A stretch of 62,438 bases of DNA, counting the filler. It is 6 parts of 6 records of this genome, joined end to end, with 100 filler letters (N's around TTAATTAATTAA, not from the genome) between each part and the next. Parts side by side here need not be neighbours in the genome. Positions count along the whole stretch, not along the records: positions 1 to 6,450 come from SRR31147125_18774; positions 6,551 to 13,560 come from SRR31147125_18782; 4 more parts are not named here. The stretch is one strand, 5' to 3'. Under the pieces are notes generated by a model. That model was not told the DNA's origin. It worked only from the letters and a program-made list of their open reading frames with translations, and did no database searches. Of the stretch, positions 1 through 10,500 are shown one piece after another (within the stretch, counting starts at the first letter, position 1; every line of letters begins with the position of its first letter). A program made the translations under genes and the position numbers.

Positions 1-1
1 G

Positions 2-1057
2 GACCTGCGATTTCAGACCGACTACTCCATGCCGCTTGCCGAAGCAATGACCAAAGAGAATCTGATTACAGCGAAACCCGGGACCAGCCTGGAGGAAGCC
101 AGCCATCTTCTGCATACTTATCGCATCGAAAAACTCCCCATCGTAGATACTTCCGGTGTATTGGTCGGTCTCATCACATTCAAGGATATTATCAAGGCCC
201 GGGATTTTCCCAACAGCTGTAAGGATGCTTCCGGACGTCTGCGTGTCGGAGCCGCACTCAGTTCCGGCGGTGAGATGGAACTTGAACGCGCACAGGCATT
301 AATTGATGCCGAGGTTGACCTGCTGGTAGTGGACAGCGCGCACGGACATAATTATATGATTGCCAAGACAGTGGAGATCATCAAAACCCATTTCCCGAAT
401 ATTGATATTATTGCGGGTAATATAGTTACTGCCGATGCGGCCGATGCCCTGATAAAGGCCGGCGCAGATGCCCTGAAGGTTGGAGTCGGACCCGGATCGA
501 TCTGCACCACACGTGTAGTTGCCGGTGTTGGTGTTCCGCAGCTTACAGCTGTTCAGGACACCGTAGAGCGGGCTGCCAAATCCGGCATACCGGTTATCGC
601 CGATGGAGGTATCAAATTCAGCGGCGATATCGTGAAAGCCATCGCCGGAGGAGCTTCAAGTGTTATGATTGGAAATCTGTTCGCCGGAACTGCCGAGAGT
701 CCAGGATCTGTTATCACTCACATGGGAAGAAACTATAAAGTGCACCGCGGTATGGGATCGGTGAAGGCCATGGAGAAAGGCAGTAAGACCCGTTACATGC
801 AGGATGAAATCGACAGCGCGAAACTGGTTCCGGAGGGTATTGAGGGGCGAGTCCCATATCGAGGTCCGCTTTCTGATTATGTACACCAGCTGGTGGGCGG
901 CTTGCGATCTGGAATGGGATATTGCGGATGCAAAACAATTTCCGATTTGCATAGCAGAGCTGAATTTATGCAGGTAACTCAGGCGGGTATCATTGAAAGC
1001 CATCCACATGATATAACCATTACCGAAGAACCGCTTAATTACCAGATTAACCGCTAG
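2..1057 (+). CDS. guaB: IMP dehydrogenase, 5'-truncated by window edge
   Basis: Frame open from position 2 ([10 protein letters not shown]...). CBS-domain remnant, catalytic loop [26 protein letters not shown] and PEGIEG motifs. Directly upstream of guaA. Confidence 0.97.
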   Translation, partial: DLRFQTDYSMPLAEAMTKENLITAKPGTSLEEASHLLHTYRIEKLPIVDTSGVLVGLITFKDIIKARDFPNSCKDASGRLRVGAALSSGGEMELERAQALIDAEVDLLVVDSAHGHNYMIAKTVEIIKTHFPNIDIIAGNIVTADAADALIKAGADALKVGVGPGSICTTRVVAGVGVPQLTAVQDTVERAAKSGIPVIADGGIKFSGDIVKAIAGGASSVMIGNLFAGTAESPGSVITHMGRNYKVHRGMGSVKAMEKGSKTRYMQDEIDSAKLVPEGIEGRVPYRGPLSDYVHQLVGGLRSGMGYCGCKTISDLHSRAEFMQVTQAGIIESHPHDITITEEPLNYQINR

Positions 1058-1070
1058 TCAGGAGAAGCAT

Positions 1071-2618
1071 ATGTCATCACACAACCAGACAATACTTGTA
1101 CTCGATTTCGGAGCTCAATACAGTCAGCTGATTGCCAGAAGAGTGCGTGAAACAGGCGTCTACAGCCAGATTCTTCCTTATTCGGCAAATATTGATGAAA
1201 TATCTGCGCTGAATCCCAGCGGGATCATTTTCAGCGGCGGTCCGGCAAGTGTGACCGATAACAACTCTCCAAGACCCGATCAGGCAATCTTTTCCATGGG
1301 ATTACCGGTTCTGGGCATCTGCTATGGTCTGCAGGTCATGGCGGTTACTTATGGGGGGTCAGTAGCACGCCCGGATAAAAGGGAGTACGGCTTTGCGCGA
1401 ATTCGGCATGACGGTTCATCTCAATTGCTCAAGGGCATACAGGATGATATTCAGGTCTGGATGAGCCATGGAGATTCAGTAGATTCCCTGCCTTATGGAT
1501 TCAGGATTACTGCATCTACCGATAATTGCCCGGTGGCTGCTGTGGAGAATCGCGAAAAAGGTCTGTATGGCGTACAGTTTCATCCTGAAGTTGTCCACTC
1601 CGAACAGGGCGAAGTGCTGATCAAGAATTTCGTACACAATATCTGCGGCTGTACGCCCGACTGGAATATGGGATCATTCATAGAGCAGGCTGTTGAACAG
1701 ATCAGGGAACAGGTCGGTGATAAAACCGTGCTGTGCGGATTATCAGGGGGTGTTGATTCTAGCGTCGCGGCGGCTTTAATTCATAAAGCGATTGGTGATC
1801 AGCTGGTCTGCGTATTTGTGAATAACGGGCTGCTGCGCAAAGGCGAAGCGGATCTGGTGCTGCGGATTTTCCGGGATAATTTCCATATCCGGCTGCAGTA
1901 TGCTGATGCGGAACAGCTGTTCCTTGATGCGTTGGAGGGAGTGTCCGAACCCGAACAGAAACGTAAAATTATCGGCAAAGTATTTATCGATGTCTTTGAG
2001 AAAGAGGCTCGCGCGCTGGGCAGTGTCGATTTTCTGGCACAGGGAACGCTCTATCCCGATGTTATAGAGAGTATTTCGGCAACAGGCGGCCCATCGGCAA
2101 CGATCAAAAGCCACCACAATGTTGGCGGTCTTCCGGATGATCTGCGGTTTGAGCTGATTGAACCTCTGAAAGAGCTGTTCAAGGATGAAGTGCGTGCTCT
2201 TGGAAAAGAACTCGGCCTACCCGATGAAGTGGTTTACCGGCATCCATTTCCTGGTCCTGGACTGGGAATACGCTGTATTGGAGAGATTACCAAAGAGCGT
2301 CTGGATACCTTACGTGATGTCGATGAAATATTTATCGATGAGATCCGTAAAGCCGGTCTTTATGGTGATATCTGGCAGGCTCTTGCCTGTCTGCTGCCGG
2401 TTAAGAGCGTGGGTGTACAGGGTGATGAAAGAACCTATGAAGAGGTCTGTTCCCTGCGGGCGGTAACCAGCGAAGATGCCATGACTGCGGATTGGTTCCG
2501 TTTTCCACCCGAAGTGCTGCAGACAGCTTCAAATCGAATCTGCAATGAAGTGGCAAGGGTGAATCGGGTACTGTACGATATTACTTCTAAACCCCCAGGA
2601 ACTGTTGAATGGGAATAA
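1071..2618 (+). CDS. guaA: GMP synthase (glutamine-hydrolysing)
   Basis: LDFGAQYSQLIARR, GICYG, QFHPE, SGGVDS, IKSHHNVGG, HPFPGPGL and the C-terminal YDITSKPPGTVEWE. Confidence 0.98.
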   Translation: MSSHNQTILVLDFGAQYSQLIARRVRETGVYSQILPYSANIDEISALNPSGIIFSGGPASVTDNNSPRPDQAIFSMGLPVLGICYGLQVMAVTYGGSVARPDKREYGFARIRHDGSSQLLKGIQDDIQVWMSHGDSVDSLPYGFRITASTDNCPVAAVENREKGLYGVQFHPEVVHSEQGEVLIKNFVHNICGCTPDWNMGSFIEQAVEQIREQVGDKTVLCGLSGGVDSSVAAALIHKAIGDQLVCVFVNNGLLRKGEADLVLRIFRDNFHIRLQYADAEQLFLDALEGVSEPEQKRKIIGKVFIDVFEKEARALGSVDFLAQGTLYPDVIESISATGGPSATIKSHHNVGGLPDDLRFELIEPLKELFKDEVRALGKELGLPDEVVYRHPFPGPGLGIRCIGEITKERLDTLRDVDEIFIDEIRKAGLYGDIWQALACLLPVKSVGVQGDERTYEEVCSLRAVTSEDAMTADWFRFPPEVLQTASNRICNEVARVNRVLYDITSKPPGTVEWE

Positions 2619-2622
2619 TGTT

Positions 2623-3008
2623 ATGGAAATATTGAATGCAATTTTACAGAAAGTCGCAACTATCCTTTTTTTGATTGCGCTGTGTCATCCTATTGTAAAA
2701 AAAGATTGGATAAGAGCAGATTTACTAAAGGAAAATTTTTATATAAAGCGGCTCTATTCATTGATAAACGACATGCACTACTGGGTAAACTGGCGTTACT
2801 CACGGCCTTAATTCACGGAGTGATATCAGATGTAAAAATATTCTCTTTCAATTGGGGAACACTTTGTCTGGCAGCAATTGTGTTATCTCTAATTCCTTGT
2901 GCTTTCCATAAAAATGACGAGAAAGATATCGGTAGGCTATTGCATATTATATTAAGTGCAGCAGCATTTGTGACATTTATTCTGCATATTGTTTTAGAGA
3001 GTGTTTAG
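2623..3008 (+). CDS. Small membrane protein with two His-x13-His helices (di-heme cytochrome b / ferric-reductase-like TM domain), split by a frameshift
   Basis: ORFs 2605-2811 and 2682-3008 join into about 128 aa if one A is added to the A7 run at 2697-2703 (HPIVKK-RLDKSRF). Contains RHALLGKLALLTALIH and LHIILSAAAFVTFILH. Confidence 0.6.
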
Positions 3009-3034
3009 ATTAAAGTTTTGTAGACTAGTTACAA

Positions 3035-3973
3035 CTATAACCCGATAATGAACATTGTCCCGGCATAGAGAATCAGTGTAACCAGAGTATACAGCACAAG
3101 CAGATTCGTGTAGAAAACAGATTCCTTCTTCAAGCCCTTTCCCAGAAAAACGGGAATAATATAGGGCGGAGGCAGCAGGAAAAATGTCAGGAATGCGTAC
3201 TGCATATAGCGGTTCATCTCCATGATGAAGGCATCGGAAATCAGGAAGAACAGGATTCCGATCACAGCGACCAGTATGATCCTGGCAGCGAGAAAGATAC
3301 CGGAAGTCTTCCATTCAATAGCAGTGAATTTCAATTGATATCCTACAACAAGCAGTATTAAAGGAGTGGTGATATTTCCGGCAGTCGTAGTAGCAGCCAG
3401 TATCCCATTCATCCAGAAATAGTCCTGAATTGCTTGATACCAACCGGTTAGGTTAAGCAGAAGTGCCGATAAAATTGCAAGAATGATTGGAGAGGAGAGA
3501 AAGGACTTAATAATTTTTCCAATCTGTATGCTGCCGTGATTTTGAGCCTCAAGCAGCGGAGCGTAAACAAACCAGATGAAAAATTCATGCCCCAATCCCA
3601 AAAGTAAGATATAATGCAGATTTTCCGTTCCAAAGATACTGGAAAAAAGCGCTACGCCCACCATGCCGAATTCGAATCCTGTAAAGAAAAATGCGGAAAG
3701 TGGCATACGCACAATTTTCAGGCGGTATAGCAGTTTTCCGAGAAAGAACAGCAGCAGACAGCAGAGAAAAGTACCGACGAATAACAGCAGGTAGCGCTGT
3801 TTCAGCTCCATCGTCAGAAATGACTGAAAAAACACAGCGGGCAGCCCGACAGTAATAACAAGTTTTTTCAAGCCATCGACTATGTCACCCGACAAAATGG
3901 ATTTGTAGCGCAGAAAAATTCCAAGGAAAATAATGAGAAAAACTGGTATAAAGCGGGCAGCAATTTCAGTCAA
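3035..3973 (-). CDS. AEC (auxin efflux carrier / malate permease-like) family transporter
   Basis: 312 aa with about 10 TM segments. N-terminal FIPVFLIIFLG...LVITVGLPAVFFQSF and SPIILAIL patterns are typical of AEC permeases. Confidence 0.75.
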   Translation of the reverse strand: MTEIAARFIPVFLIIFLGIFLRYKSILSGDIVDGLKKLVITVGLPAVFFQSFLTMELKQRYLLLFVGTFLCCLLLFFLGKLLYRLKIVRMPLSAFFFTGFEFGMVGVALFSSIFGTENLHYILLLGLGHEFFIWFVYAPLLEAQNHGSIQIGKIIKSFLSSPIILAILSALLLNLTGWYQAIQDYFWMNGILAATTTAGNITTPLILLVVGYQLKFTAIEWKTSGIFLAARIILVAVIGILFFLISDAFIMEMNRYMQYAFLTFFLLPPPYIIPVFLGKGLKKESVFYTNLLVLYTLVTLILYAGTMFIIGL

Positions 3974-4025
3974 TAGTCCATCTCCAGATTCGTATTATGT
4001 TATGATTTATGGAATAGTATACGTT

Positions 4026-5317
4026 CTAATCCTTCTGTGCAATACTCTTTTCATATTCAGCCAGCATAGCTTTGCCCTGTTCTTCATTGACTTTCAGCAG
4101 CAGCAGTCCACCCGCAATAAAGAGCACGAGTATGGACAGAATACCGATTCGGTTGCTTCCGGTAACCAGAGTTACGATGCCCATTAAGGCAGGACCGATA
4201 ACTGCGGCAAATTTACCAAGCATATTGAAGAAGCCGTAGAACTCCGCGGCCTGCTTCTCCGGAATGATGCGTGAATAGAAGCTTCTGCTGAGAGCTTGTA
4301 TACCGCCCTGGAACAGGCCGACAGCAACAGCCAGAATATAAAAGTGAACGGTGGATTTCATGAAATATCCGAGAACTGTCAGACAGGCATACGCACAGAT
4401 TGCAACCAGCAGAGCTTTTTTAATACCTATACGCTTGCTGAAAAGATTGTAGAGCAGGGTGGCAGGAAAGGCCACGAACTGAACTATCAGCAGTGCGATA
4501 ATCAGTGATTCGGAGGGGAATCCGGTGAAGCCCCGTAATCGACAGCCATACGGATTATGGTATCAACTCCATCAATATAGAACCAATAGGCCAGCAGGAA
4601 AATGCTGACGACCTTCAGGTAGCGAATCTGTCTGAAGGTCTCTGCCAACTGTTTGAATCCTGCCTTAATAGCCTTGGAAGCAGAGACGGTATTTGGTCCT
4701 TCCGGTTCTTTGACAAACAGCATTATAGGGATTGAGAATACTGCCCACCAAACAGCAACAGTAAGGAATGAAAGGCGGATGGCCGTGACATCATCCGCGA
4801 TCCCGAATAATTCGGGTTTCAGGTACATCGCGACGTTAATGAGGAACAGCAGTCCTCCGCCGATATATCCCAGTCCGAAACCAAGAGAGGAAGTGTAATC
4901 AACTTTTTTCTCTGATGCGACACTGGGCAGCAGTGAATCATAAAAAATATTGGCACCGGAAAACCCGACAGTCCCGGTGATATAGAAGAGAATTGCCAAT
5001 TCCCAGTACCCGGCTCGGACAAACCATAGTCCGCCTGTCATGATACAGCCGAGAAAGGCAAAGAAAATCAGCAGTCGTTTCTTAATACTGCCCCTGTCGG
5101 CAATAGCGCCAAGAATAGGAGCCAGCGCGGCAACGATTATCGAGGCGATGGAATTTGCCATACCAAGATAGAATGTACTCTGCTGTACCGTGGCACTACT
5201 GGACCAGTATGACTTGAAGAATACGGGAAAGAACCCGGCCATTACTGTAGTTGCAAAAGCACTGTTCGCCCAGTCGTAAAAAGCCCATGACCAGATTGTT
5301 TTTCGCGAATCTTTCAT
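4026..5317 (-). CDS. MFS transporter, UMF1/Atg22-like family, split by a 1-nt frameshift near 4524
   Basis: SWAFYDWANSAF N-terminus and GGIQALSRSFYSRIIP...EFYGFF C-half. One extra base near 4524 restores AVDYGAS-x-GFPSESLIIALLIVQFVAFP (about 430 aa). Confidence 0.88.
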
Positions 5318-5454
5318 TCTGTACTCCTAAAAGAACAATTTCTGCATGAATTATAGCATGATATGGCAATATATGCTGTGAATGTTCTATGAAAGATCTG
5401 TAAGGTAGAACCATTTAGGTTTCACCTTACAAGTCCAAACATTTCCAAACAAGT

Positions 5455-6222
5455 TCAACCTTTTAGTAATTTTGTCAGCGACTCTTCATGCATGTCAGGA
5501 TGCTTAATGCTGCCGCGCATCCAGTCATGCATTAGCTGCAGCTGCTCGGCCTCCTCCAGCTGCCATGCGATATGTGAAGCTCGTAATGTATTGGACAGAT
5601 GATGGAGGGAGAGCGCGCAGCATACTGAAATATTAAAGCTCTCCACAAATCCATACATAGGTATGCGGACATATTCATCGGCCGCGTCCAGTGCGGCAGG
5701 GGTTAAGCCATCCAGTTCGGTTCCGAACAGCAGTGCGATTTTTCCTTTCCCAAGATCAAGTTCCGATAACTCAATATCATCGGCATGCGGACTGGTCGCG
5801 ATTATTCTGTATCCATTATCCCGTAGTGTTCCTATTGCATCCTGTGTATTTCTGGTCTCTTTGGAAATGCCTGATGCAGCCGTGTTCTGGTCAAATCGGG
5901 ATGTGTTATAGCGGTGCAGAGAGAGCCATTGACTTGTTCCCATATCAACTTCACGATTGGATCTAAACGTATTTCCATTTTCAATAATATGTACATCCTG
6001 AATACCAAAGGCATCACAACTACGCAGTACCGCACTGGCATTATGGGACTGGTATATATTTTCCAGTACAACCGAAATGTAACGAGTTCGTTTATCAAGA
6101 ACTTCCCGCATTCTTACCTCTCTTTCAGGAGTAAGCATTCGGGAGTAGTACGCAATTCTTGTTTTGAGTTCCTCAACGGTATAGCTTAGCTGTTTTCTCG
6201 GCATATCTAGAATGTATCGCAT
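5455..6222 (-). CDS. trmH: SpoU/TrmH-family RNA 2'-O-methyltransferase (TrmH-like)
   Basis: VVLENIYQSHNASAVLRSCDAFG, LLFGTELDGL and IPMYGFVESFNISV are the SPOUT motifs. Confidence 0.85.
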   Translation of the reverse strand: MRYILDMPRKQLSYTVEELKTRIAYYSRMLTPEREVRMREVLDKRTRYISVVLENIYQSHNASAVLRSCDAFGIQDVHIIENGNTFRSNREVDMGTSQWLSLHRYNTSRFDQNTAASGISKETRNTQDAIGTLRDNGYRIIATSPHADDIELSELDLGKGKIALLFGTELDGLTPAALDAADEYVRIPMYGFVESFNISVCCALSLHHLSNTLRASHIAWQLEEAEQLQLMHDWMRGSIKHPDMHEESLTKLLKG

Positions 6223-6308
6223 GACTACTTGTCGTGCAAGTGGTCTGACTAATGGAAATTTTAGGCAAGCAGTGCTATGCTGTTACTACAATGCAAAAGC
6301 GGGAGGAG

Positions 6309-6450
6309 ATGATGGAATTTAAGGAATTGTGCGCCAAATGCAGAACCTACAGAAGATTTAACCAGGATGTGGTAATTGATGATGATGAATTACGGGAGAT
6401 GATTCAACTTGCCGGGATTTCCCCTTCAGGTTCCAATATGCAGCCCCTGC
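6309..6450 (+). CDS. Nitroreductase family protein, N-terminal fragment cut by contig end
   Basis: GGAGG RBS. RTYRRF...AGISPSGSNMQPL matches the nitroreductase RRSxRxF / APSxxNxQP motifs. Confidence 0.8.
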
Positions 6451-6550
6451 NNNNNNNNNNNNNNNNNNNNNNNNNNNNNNNNNNNNNNNNNNNNTTAATT
6501 AATTAANNNNNNNNNNNNNNNNNNNNNNNNNNNNNNNNNNNNNNNNNNNN
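6451..6550. other. Artificial contig-joining spacer
   Basis: 44 N + TTAATTAATTAA (stops in all six frames) + 44 N. Confidence 0.99.
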
Positions 6551-6883
6551 CTTAGTAAACAAAAAAAAGCTTTAGGTCTTATTGAAATCGAGCAGCAATT
6601 TGAAAACGTTGAACGTTCCACCATTTTCAGAACGTTAAAAACATTTCAGGACAATTTACTAATTCATAGTGTTGATGATGGTTCAGGCTCTGTAAAATAC
6701 GCTTTGTGTGATGATGATTGCACTTGTTCATTGGAAGATTTACATTATCATTTTCTTTGCACCAAATGTGGTCAAACTCATTGCCTGAAAAATATACCAA
6801 TACCAACTGTTGACTTACCAGAAGGCTTTAGCTTTGAAAGTGCAAATTATGTAATAAAAGGAGTTTGTTCTAACTGTAAATAA
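6551..6883 (+). CDS. Fur-family metalloregulator, 5'-truncated (missing from ORF track)
   Basis: Manual translation gives LSKQKKALGLIEIEQQFENVERSTIFRTLKTF...LHYHFLCTKCGQTHCL...KGVCSNCK*, with a Fur HTH, HxHxxCxxC and a terminal CxxC. Confidence 0.9.
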   Translation, partial: LSKQKKALGLIEIEQQFENVERSTIFRTLKTFQDNLLIHSVDDGSGSVKYALCDDDCTCSLEDLHYHFLCTKCGQTHCLKNIPIPTVDLPEGFSFESANYVIKGVCSNCK

Positions 6884-6887
6884 ACTT

Positions 6888-6902
6888 TGCAACTCAGTTG
6901 CA
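6888..6902. promoter_or_regulatory. Palindrome TGCAAC-TCA-GTTGCA, candidate operator of the adjacent Fur-family regulator
   Basis: Perfect 6-3-6 inverted repeat just upstream of a Bacteroidetes-type TAnnTTTG element (6915-6922) that precedes the efflux operon. Confidence 0.6.
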
Positions 6903-6948
6903 TTAACTTTTTAATATTTTTGTTGTTATTATTTTAAAGTAACATTTT

Positions 6949-7257
6949 ATGAAAATATTAGCACTCATATTATCCGTTTATGTCATAGCCCTGACTGCTA
7001 TGCCATGTTCTGATGATGGAGTTGTTGATAATAAATCTTTAAATATCGAAGTTGTTCAACAAAGTCAAACTCATTCCGAAGATATTGATTTGTGTTCACC
7101 ATTTTGTTTTTGTAATTGTTGCCAAACACTTGCTCAACCTTCTTTATGCAGCATTTCCCAGATTGCTGTTCTTACCGATAAATTAACGTTACCTTCTATG
7201 GTTCAGAATGAAAAAGAAGGTATAATTTCTTTCTGGCGACCTCCAAAATACATTTAA
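6949..7257 (+). CDS. DUF6660-type small Cys-rich exported protein
   Basis: Hydrophobic N-terminus ending MPCSD, central CSPFCFCNCC and C-terminal FWRPPK, upstream of czcA. Confidence 0.75.
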   Translation: MKILALILSVYVIALTAMPCSDDGVVDNKSLNIEVVQQSQTHSEDIDLCSPFCFCNCCQTLAQPSLCSISQIAVLTDKLTLPSMVQNEKEGIISFWRPPKYI

Positions 7258-7562
7258 ATTATTATACGCCTTGTTATTAGATTATTAAACTTATAACTTG
7301 AGTGTAAATTCACCTCACAATTCATTTTTTTTACTGTGTTTTCAATCTATTCAGAATAGTTAAGTTCTTCTGGAAATTGCAACACACAAAACCAATTAGA
7401 ATGAAATCAAGGATTAAAATTCAGGATAGATTTCGATTTCTCCATTATGACCTTTTGATATTAATTTATCACTTAGCATATATGATAAAAAAAGGATTTC
7501 GTAAATCTTATACAAGGATTAAGAAACAACACATTTATGATAAAATTTAAACTTTATATGAT

Positions 7563-10500
7563 ATGATAAACAGAATTATATCTTTTTCAATAAAAAACAA
7601 GGCACTGGTCGGACTGATGATAGTCGGTTTGATTATAGGGGGTATTTACTCGATGACCAAAGTGCCACTTGATGCTGTACCTGATATTACAAACAATCAG
7701 GTACTAGTTATTACTACAGCCCCTAACTTAGGAACAGAAGACATTGAGCAATTTGTAACCTACCAAGTTGAACTTGGAGTTGCCAACCTTCCAGGGGTTG
7801 AAGAAATAAGGTCAGTTTCAAGGTTTGGACTTTCCGTAGTTACAATCGTTTTTGAAGATAAAATGGGAACTTATCTGCCTCGGCAATTAGTAAGTGAGGC
7901 TTTATCTGAAATAAAAGAAAAAATACCTGAAGGTTTTGCTGAACCATTTATGGCTCCTATTAGTACAGGTTTAGGTGAAATCTATCAGTACACACTAGAA
8001 GTGCAACCTGGTTTTGATACAGTTTATAACGATATGGAGCTACGTACCATGCAGGAATGGATTGTTAAACGTCAAATGGCGATGGTTCCCGGTGTTGTTG
8101 AGGTGAACTCTTTTGGTGGAAGAGGTAAACAATATGAAGTCTCAGTTAATCCTGACAAACTAAGAAGCATGGGAATTACCATGTCGGATGTATTCGATGC
8201 CTTAGAGGCAAATAATCAAAATACAGGTGGTGCATATATTGAAAAAAATTTTCAGGCTAATTTCATACGTGGTGAAGGTTTGATGCGCTCTTTGGATGAT
8301 ATAGAGAATACGCTTGTTACCAATAAAGATGGTAAGCCAGTTTTTATAAGAGATGTAGCCGATGTAAAGTTTGGCAGTTTTGTTCGCTATGGAGCTTTTA
8401 CTCAAAACGGTAAGGGCGATGCTGTTGGTGGTATTGTTATGATGTTAAAAGGTGCTAATTCAAACGATGTAATTAAAGATGTAAAGACGAGAATGGCATT
8501 AATTCAAAAGTCTTTACCGGAAGGTATAGAAATAAAGTCATTTCTTGATAGAAGTAAACTTATTAAAAGCACAACATCTACAGTAGCTGAAAACCTTTCT
8601 CTTGGAGCGTTAATTGTAATATTTGTCCTTGTAATTTTCTTAGGAAACCTACGTGGAGGACTAATTGTAGCCTCTACTATCCCATTAGCTATGCTGTTTT
8701 CATTTATTATGATGCATCAATTTGGAGTATGGGCTAACCTAATGAGCTTAGGGGCTATCGACTTTGGAATACTTATAGATGGAGCTGTAATTATTGTAGA
8801 AAGTGTGATTTTTTATCTTCACAAAAACGAACTTATAGGCACAAAATTAAACAAGGTAAAACGCAATGAAATAGCATATAAATCAGCAAGTAAGATGATG
8901 AATTCAGCCTTTTTTGGTCAGTTAATCATTCTCATTGTTTTTATACCTGTTTTAGCATTACAAGGCGTTGAAGGAAAAATGTTTATTCCAATGGCAATGA
9001 CTTTTGGATTTGCAATTTTAGGTGTCGTCTTGCTATGTTTGACATATATTCCGATGATGGCATCCATATTTCTTCAGCCACCAAAAACTAACAAGAAAAC
9101 GTGGGGAGATAAGGTAATTGCCAAATTAGAAGGTATATATGAGCCAGCTATTCATTGGGCTTTAAAGAAAACAAAACTTGTGCTTATCTCAGCTATAGTT
9201 TTATTAATATCCGGTTGGTTTATTTTCTCGAAGCTTGGAGCTGAATTTACGCCCCAACTTGATGAAGGTGATTTTGCTTTTCAGGCATTCTTAAAACCCG
9301 GTACATCACTTTCTGAGGTTCAAAAAGCTTCAACACGTCTCGAACAAATTGTTCTTGAAAACTTCCCGGATGAAGTCGAATCAATTCAATCCCGAATTGG
9401 TGTTGCTGATTTACCTATGGATCCCATGCCCTTGGATATTGCAGATATTTTTGTGATTCTAACTCCAAAGGATGAATGGACAAAGGCTGATTCTAAGCAA
9501 GACCTGATAGAACAGGTTGAAGAAAAGGTAAGGGAATTACCAGGAATTAACTATGGTTTCACTCAGCCCATTGAAATGCGATTCAACGAATTACTCACAG
9601 GAATCCGAGAAGATGTTGCTGTAAAACTTTATGGTGTTGACCTGGATGTTTTATCGGAAAAAGCCGAAGAAATAAAAGGTCTTATTTCAGGTATTGATGG
9701 AGTTGCAGGAGTAAAAGCCGAAGCAACAAAAGGATTACCTCAAATTACAATCAAGTATAACAGAAATAAGCTGGGACGATATGGACTAAACATAAATGAA
9801 TTAAATACTATTGTTGAAACAGCATTTAGCGGTGGAATTGCAGGAGTAATCTATGAAGGGGAACGAATGTTTGATTTAGTAGTTCGTCTTGATGAAGAAC
9901 ATCGCAGAAGCATTGATGATATAAAAAATTTATATGTCAATCTACCCGATGGTAATCAAATACCTTTTAAAGAAGTTGCTGACATAAGCTATCAACCCGG
10001 TCCGATGCAAATTGGTAGGGACAATACCAACAGAAGGACTTATGTTGGTATAAACGTTGAAGGCAGAGATGTAAAATCTTTAGTTGAAGAAATACAACAA
10101 ACATTAGATGAGAAACTAGTACTTCCAACGGGGTATTATATCAGATATGGAGGAGCTTTTGAAAATCTCGAAAGAGCGAGTAAACGACTTGCTTTGGTAG
10201 TACCACTGGCTTTAGCCCTTATTTTTATGTTAGTGTTTTTTGCGGTAAAATCACTAAAACAAACACTTATGATTTATATAGCAGTTCCATTTGCTGCTGT
10301 AGGAGGTATTATATCGCTTTATTTACGAGGGATGCCATTTAGTATTTCTGCGGGGGTTGGTTTTATAGTACTTTTTGGTGTTGCTGTGTTAAATGGTCTG
10401 GTACTTATTAGTGGATTTAACGAAATGAAAGCCGAAGGTAAATTCAGCTTAGCAGAAATAATAACAAAAGGCTCAATACGCCGTATTCGTCCTATATTAT

